The notes beneath the pieces are model-generated. The model worked only from the letters and a program-made list of their open reading frames with translations, did no database searches and was not told where the DNA came from. The position numbers and the translations under genes were made by a program. A stretch of DNA of 64,000 nucleotides from Patescibacteria group bacterium (GTDB taxonomy: Bacteria; Patescibacteriota; Patescibacteriia; Patescibacteriales; UBA12465): contig JBAZKQ010000001.1 of NCBI GenBank assembly GCA_041650715.1, positions 326,945-390,944 on the forward strand, in the 5' to 3' direction. Positions 9,067-17,981 of the stretch are shown here, in pieces; within the stretch, counting starts at the first letter, position 1; every line of letters starts with the position of its first letter.

Positions 9067-9654
9067 ATGCGTTCTGTTCTTTTCATCGCCATTTTCGTGC
9101 TTTTGGCCAGCGCAATGTCTAATGCTCAGTCCATCGAGGCTTTTGCCAAGTTTGACCAGAATGGCAAACTCGTTAATAAAGATGCCAATATGGCGTTCTC
9201 AATTGCTCTGTCGAAGGATACGACCAGTTTCTGGAGCCATATGAAGTTTACTTCATTTATCCTTGTTGAGCCAGGTTGGGGCGAGTCAATGTTCGGTCTG
9301 TCCTACGCTCCGGCCAGCTGGGTCGAAATCGGTCTATCTGGAGGATTTGAGCAAAACCCGAATGTCTATCGCGGCTGTGCCACTCTCTGGCTTGGCAAAG
9401 GCAGGTTTTCCTCCTTCACTGCCTTCGAAAGGGGTGTCGGACACGATAATTGGTGGTATAGGAATATTACCAAGTATAAGGTGTCAGATGACATTTCGCT
9501 TGGTTTCCAGGGTTGGCGATATAATGGACTCGGCCCGATAATCGAGTTCGGCATTGTCAAACATGTCACGATCTGGATTAACCCGGTCTTAGACCCGGAA
9601 AAAGATAGTAACGGCAACAAAGCCGTAATAGTAGGTCTGGGGATTAACTTGTAA
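9067..9654 (+). CDS. secreted beta-strand-rich protein, unknown family
   Basis: Signal peptide MRSVLFIAIFVLLASAMSNAQS. Alternating aromatic/Gly-rich strands. The ATG at 9067 is preferred over the track start at 9004. Upstream TTGACA (8990) with TATGAT 17 nt later. Confidence 0.6.
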   Translation: MRSVLFIAIFVLLASAMSNAQSIEAFAKFDQNGKLVNKDANMAFSIALSKDTTSFWSHMKFTSFILVEPGWGESMFGLSYAPASWVEIGLSGGFEQNPNVYRGCATLWLGKGRFSSFTAFERGVGHDNWWYRNITKYKVSDDISLGFQGWRYNGLGPIIEFGIVKHVTIWINPVLDPEKDSNGNKAVIVGLGINL

Positions 9655-9675
9655 TCACCCGCCGAACAGCGTACC

Positions 9676-9705
9676 GAGCTTCTACTTTAGGAGCTCTTTT
9701 TTTTT
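9676..9705 (+). terminator. intrinsic terminator
   Basis: Stem gagctt / gagctc followed by a T9 run, directly after the 9067..9654 gene. Confidence 0.65.
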
Positions 9706-9724
9706 ATTTCAATTTACAGGTATT

Positions 9725-11560
9725 TTAATCTTCCGCCACGTCCAAAAATTCTTCAATTTTTTTGGTAATCGTGGTTGGGGTTATATTATATTTTTTGTTA
9801 TAAGCTAATTGTTTCGTGCGGCGGCGTTCAGCTTCATTAATCGCCCGTTTCATCGAATCGGTTTTTTTATCGGCGTATAGAATAATTTTACCTTTAACAT
9901 TTCTCGCGGCGCGGCCCATGGTTTGCATGAGTGAGGTTTGACTGCGTAAGAATCCTTCACGGTCGGCGTCCAGAATCGCCACCAGCGTTACTTCCGGCAA
10001 ATCAAGGCCTTCGCGCAACAGATTAACGCCGATTAAAACATCAAACTTCCCTTCCCGAAAATTCATCAATATTTCAGTGCGCTCGAAAGTTTTAATATCA
10101 GAATGTAGATAATTAGATCTGATGTTTTTATTATTTAAGTAGGTATTCAAATCTTCGGCTTGTTTTTTGGTTAAGGTATTAATAATGGCTCTTTCGCCAA
10201 GCGCAGCAATTTTAATTACTTCGGCCGTGATATCATTAATTTGGCTATAATTTTCTTTCTTGTTAAAGACCGGGCGGATTTCAATCTCGGGATCAACAAG
10301 ACCGGTCGGACGAATTACTTGTTCGGCAGTTTGCTTTGAGTTTTTTGCTTCAAAATCACCGGGAGTGGCAGTCGTAAAAATCATTTGGCCGATACGTTTT
10401 TCAAATTCCGGAAAACGTAGAGGGCGATTATCAAGGGCTGAGGGTAGGCGCCAGCCATATTGCACTAAAGTTTTTTTACGTGCTTGATCGCCGTTATACA
10501 TGCCGCGAATTTGCGGGATAGCGATATGAGATTCATCGACGATAGTTAAAAAATCCGGCTTACCATCTTTCCAGGGGAAATAGGAAATTAAAGAGTCCGG
10601 TGCTTCCCCGGCAAGTTTCCCTGTGATATGGCGCGAGTAATTTTCTATGCCGTGGCAGTAGCCAAGCGTGCGCAGCATTTCCATATCATATTTTGTGCGC
10701 CGCTCTAATCGTTCCGCTTCGAGTAGAAAACCCTCCTTTTTAAAATAGGCTAAGCGTTCTTTTAATTCCTCATTAATATTTTTTATCGCCTGCTCAATCT
10801 GTGGTTTTGTGGAAACAAAATGCTTCGGCGGAAAAATAACAATTTCTTCGAGGTTACCGATAATATTTTTTGTGACATTATCAACGATAGTTAAATCTGA
10901 TATCACTTGTCCGGCGAGGTCGAGACGATAAATAACATTCTCCGACATGGAGCGAATTTCAAAAGCATCACCGCGCACGCGAAATTGGCCGCGCTTAATT
11001 TCGCCGTTGACGCGTTCAAATTGGATTTTAATTAATTGCTTAATTAAATCGGCGCGGACAATCGTCTTCCCTTTTTCTAAAACGAGACGCGCCTCTAAAT
11101 AAGTTAGCGGCACGCCCAAATTATATATACAGGAAACGGAAGCAACGATGATGACATCACGGCGTGAAACTAAAGCCGAAGTCGCCCCATGACGTAAACG
11201 ATCAATCTCTTGGTTAATCATCGCCTCCTTATCAATATAAGTATCGGTAATCGGCAGATAGGCTTCTGGTTGATAGTAGTCGTAATAGGAAACAAAATAA
11301 TGAACCGCATTTTCCGGAAAGAAGTTTTTGTATTCGCGGTAGAGTTGCGCCGCCAGTGATTTATTGGGGGCAATTACTAAAACTGGTCGGTCCAGTTCAC
11401 TTATGACATTGGCGACGGTAAAAGTCTTTCCCGACCCGGTAACGCCCAGTAAAGTTTGGTAATCATAACCCGCCTCTATTCCTTGTAAGAGTTTTTTAAT
11501 AGCTGCCGGTTGGTCACCGGCTGGCGCGAAATCAGATTTTAACTTAAATAATCCGGACAT
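9725..11560 (-). CDS. uvrB: excinuclease ABC subunit B lacking the C-terminal UVR domain
   Basis: N-terminus FKLKSDFAPAGDQPAAI, helicase motifs (GVTGSGKT, DESH), and an end ..ERRRTKQLAYNKKYNITPTTITKKIEEFLDVAED without the coiled-coil UVR tail. The ATG at 11560 is preferred over the TTG at 11572. Confidence 0.95.
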   Translation of the reverse strand: MSGLFKLKSDFAPAGDQPAAIKKLLQGIEAGYDYQTLLGVTGSGKTFTVANVISELDRPVLVIAPNKSLAAQLYREYKNFFPENAVHYFVSYYDYYQPEAYLPITDTYIDKEAMINQEIDRLRHGATSALVSRRDVIIVASVSCIYNLGVPLTYLEARLVLEKGKTIVRADLIKQLIKIQFERVNGEIKRGQFRVRGDAFEIRSMSENVIYRLDLAGQVISDLTIVDNVTKNIIGNLEEIVIFPPKHFVSTKPQIEQAIKNINEELKERLAYFKKEGFLLEAERLERRTKYDMEMLRTLGYCHGIENYSRHITGKLAGEAPDSLISYFPWKDGKPDFLTIVDESHIAIPQIRGMYNGDQARKKTLVQYGWRLPSALDNRPLRFPEFEKRIGQMIFTTATPGDFEAKNSKQTAEQVIRPTGLVDPEIEIRPVFNKKENYSQINDITAEVIKIAALGERAIINTLTKKQAEDLNTYLNNKNIRSNYLHSDIKTFERTEILMNFREGKFDVLIGVNLLREGLDLPEVTLVAILDADREGFLRSQTSLMQTMGRAARNVKGKIILYADKKTDSMKRAINEAERRRTKQLAYNKKYNITPTTITKKIEEFLDVAED

Positions 11561-11583
11561 ATTAATAATCAATATTAACGGGT

Positions 11584-12804
11584 TTAAACGATTAAATCAA
11601 CCTGCTGTTCTTCAATTTTCATTTTAGCTTCAGGTAAATCCGGGCCTTGGCAATTGTTTCTCTCGCAATCAACATATAGAATCACGAAGGCAATTAGCCC
11701 AAAAAGACCGGCGGCCCAAAATGGCAGGCTGGCCCTAAGCCCAAAAAGTACACCGGCAATTATCGGGCCGAGAATCATACTCAGTGACATCACGGAATTA
11801 AGGACGCCCAGAATTTGTCCTTGTTCACCCGCCTCGCCTTTTTTAGCTATTTGGCTAGTCATGACGGCACGCAATACGGATTGAGCGAGGCTGATGAGGG
11901 CGATACCAATAATAAAGATGATAAGATAACTGATTCCCGTTAGGAAGAAGCCAAGGGCGAGCAGCAGCATTAACCAAATAATTAAAGTTTCTTCTTTGAA
12001 GTATTTTAACCAAATCTTTTTAAGAGCGAAGGCTTGATTGATGATTAGGATAACGCCCATGCCGGTCATAACAAATCCGACTTTAATGGCTGTAAAATTA
12101 AATTCTTGGTTTAGATATAAAGAAAAAATAGATTGCTGGCTGGCCAGGGCGAGCCCGAATAGAAACCAAGCAATAAAGCCGAAACGGAGTTTATGATTAC
12201 GCAAAGATACTCCGAGCGGCTTAAAGGGATTAAGTTCGATTTTTTTAGCCGCGTCTTGATGTTTATTAGTTTCCGGCAAATTTTTCAAAGCCAGAAAGAA
12301 ATTTAAAAGAGCCAGACCGCCGACAAACCAAAATGGAAAATTAAGTGAAATAGAGCTTAGTAAGCCGCCGATGAGCGGTCCAACAATAAACCCTACCCCA
12401 AAGATGGCGCCGATTAGCCCCAGATTAACCGTTTTTTCCTTATCGTCGCGAGCAATATCTATTAAGTAGCTTTGGGCAATCGGAAAATTACCGGCAGCCA
12501 GGCCGTCGATAATTCTTCCCAGGAATAAAAAGAAAATATTGCCGGCTGCCGCGAAGACCAACCAGCCAATCGCGGTGCTTAAAATACTGATAATAAGAAC
12601 CGGCCGGCGCCCTATTTTATCCGACCAAGCACCGAGTAAGGGCGCGCTGAAAAATGAGAAAAAAGAAAAGACGGCAAATAATAAAGTTACCGTAAAAGCC
12701 GTGGCGCCGAAGGACTCCACATAAAAAGGCAAAATCGGAATGATGATGCCGATGCCAAGAACATCGATGAAAACAGTAAGTAAAATTATTATTTTTTTAT
12801 TCAT
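11584..12804 (-). CDS. MFS transporter (DHA1/TetA-like)
   Basis: 406 aa, 12 TM helices, with the motif GAWSDKIGRRPVL between TM2 and TM3. Confidence 0.85.
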   Translation of the reverse strand: MNKKIIILLTVFIDVLGIGIIIPILPFYVESFGATAFTVTLLFAVFSFFSFFSAPLLGAWSDKIGRRPVLIISILSTAIGWLVFAAAGNIFFLFLGRIIDGLAAGNFPIAQSYLIDIARDDKEKTVNLGLIGAIFGVGFIVGPLIGGLLSSISLNFPFWFVGGLALLNFFLALKNLPETNKHQDAAKKIELNPFKPLGVSLRNHKLRFGFIAWFLFGLALASQQSIFSLYLNQEFNFTAIKVGFVMTGMGVILIINQAFALKKIWLKYFKEETLIIWLMLLLALGFFLTGISYLIIFIIGIALISLAQSVLRAVMTSQIAKKGEAGEQGQILGVLNSVMSLSMILGPIIAGVLFGLRASLPFWAAGLFGLIAFVILYVDCERNNCQGPDLPEAKMKIEEQQVDLIV

Positions 12805-12815
12805 TAAATTGTATT

Positions 12816-13196
12816 TTATTGGATGGGTCCTAATAAGTAATTAGGGAGCATGGCCGTGGCTTGTCCTTGATGTTTCCCGACGGAGGCAAATAAAGCACTC
12901 GCGTCTTGCCCGCAACCCTGCAATATTTTATCGCCGCCCGGATGGGCGCCAGACGCAGTATAAGCACTTAGGTCGTATACTTGGCCGTTAATTAATTGCC
13001 AGCAATCAGTTTTAGAATTATGAAGAGCAAGTTCACTCATGGTCAGCGGTCCAGTCGCTTTGGGAGCGGCGCTGCCGGTCTGTATAGTGTTCACTGTATT
13101 GTTAAAATTTTGTGAGTTGGCTTGACCGGTTAGGCTGCAAGCACTTAAAGTCAGCGCGAGTAAGGGTAAAAGCAAAAAAAGTCTGGTTTTCTTCAT
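12816..13196 (-). CDS. lipoprotein with cytochrome b5-like heme/steroid-binding domain
   Basis: Lipobox LLALTLSAC after MKKTRLF (internal ATG preferred). Domain signature CWQLINGQVYDLSAYTASGAHPGGDKILQGCGQDAS. Confidence 0.75.
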   Translation of the reverse strand: MKKTRLFLLLPLLALTLSACSLTGQANSQNFNNTVNTIQTGSAAPKATGPLTMSELALHNSKTDCWQLINGQVYDLSAYTASGAHPGGDKILQGCGQDASALFASVGKHQGQATAMLPNYLLGPIQ

Positions 13197-13328
13197 ATTT
13201 TTGTTATTTTTTCTTAAATTATTAATAATATAATACCATAATACGCCTAAAATTAAAAAGAAAATCACAAATAAAAAGAGCGGCCTTTGGGGTCGCTCAG
13301 AATGCTACATGTCAATTGATTGGGCGAA

Positions 13329-14873
13329 TTATTCCTGTAAACGTCGGAGTTCCCCGTTAAGGAAAATCGTTTCTTCATTTTCGCGGCCGACTGATAGAAT
13401 CATAATTTTAGCGCCGGTAAATTTTTCAATAAATACAAGAATATCAACGAGCTCTTTCGGTAATTCCGAAAATGATCGCATTTTTGAAATATCCTCAGTC
13501 CATCCGGGAAATTCAGTATAAACTGGCTGAAAGCGATAGAGAATCTCTGAATCGCGAATGAACTCGTTAATCTCATCGCCATCTTTAATCATTTTGCCGG
13601 CATAATTGACAGGTGGACCCGAATATTTATAGCCAGTACAAAGTCTGATTATTTCTAAACCAGTTGAAGTATCAAACTTCATTGCTGAAATATAGGGACT
13701 TTTATTAACCTCGATTGAATACTTTAATTCAACTAAATTGTCCCAACCCATACGACGGGGGCGCGTGGTTGTACCGCCATATTCCCCACCGCGGATGCGG
13801 AGGACTATGCCTTGGATCATTTCATCTTTGCTGTTTACATCAATATCAAGGTCTAGACCCATGGCCTGTTCGCTAATCGCGTTATTGGTTGCGGCATCCC
13901 GACAATATTCTTCGCTCTTTTTCCCACCAAGTTCTGAAACAAAAGGGCCACCTCCGACTCGACTCGTGACTGGTCCTTTGACAATCCCCAGGACGCGATC
14001 AACATCTTCAACTTTAAAGCCACAACCTTGGGCGAGACCATCTACTGTGGTATCGCTCATTGTTTGGTAAAAAGTTGTTCCATAGCGGCTGCTAATCAAA
14101 GTACCCTGCGAACCCTCTAAAATAATTTTTCGCTGGTTAGCCAGGACGTCGGCATTAAAAGCCTTGAGGTCAATAATCATGGGCACAAACCGGGGTGCTA
14201 ATTCACCCAGGTAGTGGTCGATGATGGCTTGACGATTAAAAACATGCAGGTCGTCAAAATATTTTCCATTCCCGAACTTGGCTCCATATTTTTTGCCGGT
14301 CATTATGTATTCAATTTCCCGATGTTGCAGATGATTGAACTTTTCCTGTTTAGCATCCATGTAACGATTCAATTTAGTGATGAAAATATCCTCATTGGAT
14401 AAATCATTCATTGAGATCAAGAGTCTGGGGTCAGCGTAGAAGGGGCCAACGCCGCAGGCTGTAGTCCCTATTAATTTTGATTCAGGCGAAGTTATATCTT
14501 CTAAAATGTGCCAAGGCATAATCAAGCCGGTCTCGTGACTAATGTGCAGATTTTCTAAGTTCAAAAATGAACACAAATCAATTTCATTATTTAAAACCAG
14601 TAAATCAAGGGCCACGTGGCTGCCAATGATATTTTTTACTCCGGGTTCAGTAATGCCTGAGGGTAAAAGATGGGTAGTAAAGGGTTTCCCTTTGTAAATA
14701 AAGGTATGAGCGGCATTTGGGCCGCCCACTCCGCGATAGATTGCGTACGCCCACGGACAGAGGAGATTTACTATTTTGCCTTTGCCAGTATCACCATACT
14801 GATAGCAAATTATCGCAATAATATTGACACCATCCGTGAGGTAAAGGATTTGCTCTTGAAAAGTCTTTTTCAT
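13329..14873 (-). CDS. purA: adenylosuccinate synthetase-like protein, unusually long
   Basis: P-loop GDTGKGK, GPNAAHT, THLLPSG, IGTTACGVGPFY, TSRVGGGPF and GGTTTRPRRMGW motifs are all present. 514 aa versus about 430 aa for the typical protein. Confidence 0.8.
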   Translation of the reverse strand: MKKTFQEQILYLTDGVNIIAIICYQYGDTGKGKIVNLLCPWAYAIYRGVGGPNAAHTFIYKGKPFTTHLLPSGITEPGVKNIIGSHVALDLLVLNNEIDLCSFLNLENLHISHETGLIMPWHILEDITSPESKLIGTTACGVGPFYADPRLLISMNDLSNEDIFITKLNRYMDAKQEKFNHLQHREIEYIMTGKKYGAKFGNGKYFDDLHVFNRQAIIDHYLGELAPRFVPMIIDLKAFNADVLANQRKIILEGSQGTLISSRYGTTFYQTMSDTTVDGLAQGCGFKVEDVDRVLGIVKGPVTSRVGGGPFVSELGGKKSEEYCRDAATNNAISEQAMGLDLDIDVNSKDEMIQGIVLRIRGGEYGGTTTRPRRMGWDNLVELKYSIEVNKSPYISAMKFDTSTGLEIIRLCTGYKYSGPPVNYAGKMIKDGDEINEFIRDSEILYRFQPVYTEFPGWTEDISKMRSFSELPKELVDILVFIEKFTGAKIMILSVGRENEETIFLNGELRRLQE

Positions 14874-14954
14874 GGCTTTTTTGGTTTTTGTTTTACGTTA
14901 GTTTGGGGGTTATATGTAGGTTTCGTCGATTATTTTTAAAGTACAAAATTAATT

Positions 14955-14970
14955 GGATATTTAAATATCC
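14955..14970. promoter_or_regulatory. perfect 16-bp palindrome upstream of purA-like gene (candidate operator)
   Basis: ggatatttaaatatcc, about 80-95 nt upstream of the purA-like start codon. The flanking attg/caat extend the symmetry. Confidence 0.3.
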
Positions 14971-15005
14971 TCAATAAACTTACTGCCGTTTCGGCTCTTT
15001 GTCAA

Positions 15006-15032
15006 TAAAAAAACTCCGGGGTTATCCGGAGT
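15006..15032 (-). terminator. intrinsic terminator after the permease gene
   Basis: Stem actccgg / ccggagt. On the minus strand it is followed by a T7 run. Confidence 0.65.
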
Positions 15033-15038
15033 CATATT

Positions 15039-15953
15039 TTAAAATAAATACTGAATTATCAAGCCGGCGAGAACACTGATGCCGAAGAGCAAGCCGATTA
15101 CCGTAAAGACGTCGCGCCTATTCTTGTCCTCTTTCAAGAGAACCAGGAGTCCAAGGCCGCCGCTGGCCGATAAACCGGCGATAACCGCCCCATAGGTAAT
15201 TACGCCCTTTAAATATAGTTCGGTAATCGCGACCGAAGATGCACAATTCGGGATTAAGCCAAAAAGGGCGGCGAGGAATGGTTGCAAGATTTGATGCTGT
15301 GAAAAAATTAATTGCAAATTGTTTTCCCCAATGTAGAAAATTAAAAGGTTGATTAAAAACGAAGCGGCAAAAACAAAACCAAAAATTTTGAAGGTATGAA
15401 TAAGCGGATGGATAATAATTTCTTTGGTGCTGAACTTTTTTGCTTTTGAACTTAGACAGTGGCCGCAGCAGGCGGTCTCTTCAACCAAGCGGTCATGATG
15501 ATGCTCTGGGATATCAACGCCACTCGCGTAGGCAGCCGCATGCTGTAAGGTTTGGCGGTTTTTTTTACGAAAAATTAAATCTAAAAGATAACCGGCAATC
15601 AGCGCGATGATAATTTTTGTCAGAATTAAGGGGATAATAATTCCGGCTTTATCTGGTTGTGAGAGAATGACCGGAATAGCTTCGTCTGAGGTCGAAAGAT
15701 AAACAGCGACCAAAGATCCGATTGTGAGGAGACGCTGGGTATAAAGGGCGGTCGAAATAACCGAAAAGCCGCATTGTGGGAAACTGCCCACTAATGCGCC
15801 AATTGCCGGTCCGGCGTGGCCCGCTTTTTGAATTTTTTGTCTGATTTGATTGCCGTACTTATATTCGATTAACTCAATAAGGATATATACTACCAATAAA
15901 AACGGAATCATTTTGAGTGAATCAAGTAAGGCGTCAATAAATATTTGTATCAT
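15039..15953 (-). CDS. putative 10-TM metal permease (ArsP_2/DUF2899-like)
   Basis: The N-terminus MIQIFIDALLDSLKMIPFLLVVYILIELIEYKYG resembles this family. The central His/Cys-rich loop (PEHHHDRLVEETACCGHC) suggests metal handling. Confidence 0.55.
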   Translation of the reverse strand: MIQIFIDALLDSLKMIPFLLVVYILIELIEYKYGNQIRQKIQKAGHAGPAIGALVGSFPQCGFSVISTALYTQRLLTIGSLVAVYLSTSDEAIPVILSQPDKAGIIIPLILTKIIIALIAGYLLDLIFRKKNRQTLQHAAAYASGVDIPEHHHDRLVEETACCGHCLSSKAKKFSTKEIIIHPLIHTFKIFGFVFAASFLINLLIFYIGENNLQLIFSQHQILQPFLAALFGLIPNCASSVAITELYLKGVITYGAVIAGLSASGGLGLLVLLKEDKNRRDVFTVIGLLFGISVLAGLIIQYLF

Positions 15954-15996
15954 ATATATCTATTATCAGCAGAAAATCATGTTTCGTCAAGATTTC

Positions 15997-16716
15997 TCAG
16001 TAGCCAATAAATTCTTCAATTTTAATATCATCATCACTGATACCGGCTTCGTTCAATAATTGATGAAGCGATTGAACCATTTCGGCCGGCCCGGCAATAT
16101 AGTATATCGGAGATTTTAAATCCGGCAAATATTTTTTTAAAAGCGCAACACTGATATAACCAGTTTCCCCCGTCCATTTTTTGGATGCATTTTTCGGGCG
16201 AGTCATGGTCGGAATCAATTTATAATTTTTATTATGCTCTTCTAAGGCAGTAAGCTCATCGAGAAAGGGTGCGTCGGCGGGAGTTCGGTTACTATAAAAG
16301 AGAAATATTTTGTGGGGCATTTTTTTTTCGCTGGCTTCAACGATGAGGCTGCGGAATGGGGTAACACCGATGCCGCCGGCTAAAAATACCAAGGGGCGAC
16401 TACTATCCTTGCGGAGGGTAAAAACACCTAAGGGGGCATCTACTATTAAGTCGCTTTCCGGCTTTAAACCTCTAAGCACTCGCTTAAAGGCCGTGTCGCG
16501 CAAGCGAGTCGTGATGGCCAGATACTCTTCGTCCGGAGCACTCGAAAAGGTAAAACTGCGTGAATTCCCTTCCGCGTCCGTTTCCGGAGCGTTAATCAGG
16601 GTAAAGTCGCCGAACTGGCCGGCACGATAAGTAAAACCGGGCGGTTTTTCAAAATAAAAAATAGCTGTGTCCTTAGCGCTGGGCTCAGTTTTCAAATATT
16701 TAATGACGTGTATCAT
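15997..16716 (-). CDS. FAD/NAD(P)-binding oxidoreductase (ferredoxin-NADP reductase family)
   Basis: FAD-binding RAGQFGDF..SFTFSS and NAD-binding LAGGIGVTPF motifs. 239 aa. Confidence 0.75.
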   Translation of the reverse strand: MIHVIKYLKTEPSAKDTAIFYFEKPPGFTYRAGQFGDFTLINAPETDAEGNSRSFTFSSAPDEEYLAITTRLRDTAFKRVLRGLKPESDLIVDAPLGVFTLRKDSSRPLVFLAGGIGVTPFRSLIVEASEKKMPHKIFLFYSNRTPADAPFLDELTALEEHNKNYKLIPTMTRPKNASKKWTGETGYISVALLKKYLPDLKSPIYYIAGPAEMVQSLHQLLNEAGISDDDIKIEEFIGY

Positions 16717-16875
16717 ATAATTAACTCTAAATGTCTAATATTACAATTATTACTACGCATCATTATAGCATTTATATACATTTGACGAAAATATATATTT
16801 ATGATTAAATTTGAAGTCAAAGAGAATAGTATGGATCATTAAAAATTTACGGAATGTATAACCAATACTTTTAAA

Positions 16876-17922
16876 ATGGAAACGAAAAAGGTTGTTTATT
16901 ACTGCGGACGCGGTAATCACAGATTGAGTTCAAGAATACTCAAGAATTATGGCGAGTATCTTGGTAAAGAATGTTTTTTTAGTCACATTGATTTCGAAGA
17001 ATTCCCCGACGAAGAGCCAGACGTAAAACTCCCCAAGTGGTCCGAAATTAAGGGCAGTACGGTGGTTTTTTTCCAGAGTATTTATAAAAAAGAATATTTG
17101 GAAGAACTTATGGAACTTGTTTGGGCCATGAAGAAACAATACGGCGCCAAACATGTTATTGTTGTTTTGCTGTTCATGCGCTTTCGTCGCCAAGACCATG
17201 AAGAAAAGATGGAGGAGATTTGTCGCCTTAAAATGGTGATAGATCGCCTTAAGCATGATGGGGTTGATGAAATTATTACCGTTTCACCGCACTCACCGAA
17301 GATGCGGGAATTTTGTACTGAAGTTGGCATTAAGATGCATGAAGTTGACCCCTCGCCTTTGTTTGCTTCAACCGTGAAAACTTATTTAGCCGATAAGCCG
17401 ACAATTTATGCGCCGGATGCGGGGTCAGTACCAAGAGCCGTTAAATTGGCCAAACTACTTGATTGTCAGGTTGTTATGAGTCTCAAAGAAAGGGGGCTTG
17501 ATAACGAAGCGATGATTAAAGCGGAAGACCGGGACGAAATTGAAATAATTTTGCGGAAACTTCGGCTTCAGTATGAGTACCGCGATATTTATTACGCCGA
17601 TTCTGATCATGTCAAAGGACAATCGATCGTTATGACTGAGGATGAAGTTACGACCGGATCGACCGCTAATAAAACTGGTCAACGAATTAAAAAAATTGGC
17701 GCTAAGTATCTAATTCTATTGGCGATGCATGCTGTTTTAGTCAGAAGTTGGCGGCGTAAATTATTTGATAAGCGTCCGTTTGATAAAGTAATTATGGGTG
17801 ACACAATTCCCCGAGATTATGAAAAAATGACCGGTGGTTTAATCCATGATATTTCCGTAGCAGAACTCATGGCACAGGCTTTATACAAAGTCGTGCATCA
17901 AATTCCGGAAAAGACAAAATAA
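16876..17922 (+). CDS. ribose-phosphate pyrophosphokinase-like phosphoribosyltransferase
   Basis: N-terminal Prs-like domain (FPDEEPDVKL, FRRQDHEE) and PRTase loop (VMTEDEVTTGSTA). Divergent from canonical Prs. Confidence 0.65.
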   Translation: METKKVVYYCGRGNHRLSSRILKNYGEYLGKECFFSHIDFEEFPDEEPDVKLPKWSEIKGSTVVFFQSIYKKEYLEELMELVWAMKKQYGAKHVIVVLLFMRFRRQDHEEKMEEICRLKMVIDRLKHDGVDEIITVSPHSPKMREFCTEVGIKMHEVDPSPLFASTVKTYLADKPTIYAPDAGSVPRAVKLAKLLDCQVVMSLKERGLDNEAMIKAEDRDEIEIILRKLRLQYEYRDIYYADSDHVKGQSIVMTEDEVTTGSTANKTGQRIKKIGAKYLILLAMHAVLVRSWRRKLFDKRPFDKVIMGDTIPRDYEKMTGGLIHDISVAELMAQALYKVVHQIPEKTK

Positions 17923-17936
17923 TCACAAAAAATACA

Positions 17937-17965
17937 AAGGGAGCTTATTCAGCTCCCTTTTTTAT
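17937..17965. terminator. bidirectional intrinsic terminator
   Basis: Stem aagggagct / agctccctt with T/A runs on both sides, between convergent genes. Confidence 0.7.
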
Positions 17966-17981
17966 TTCTCCGTATAATTGT

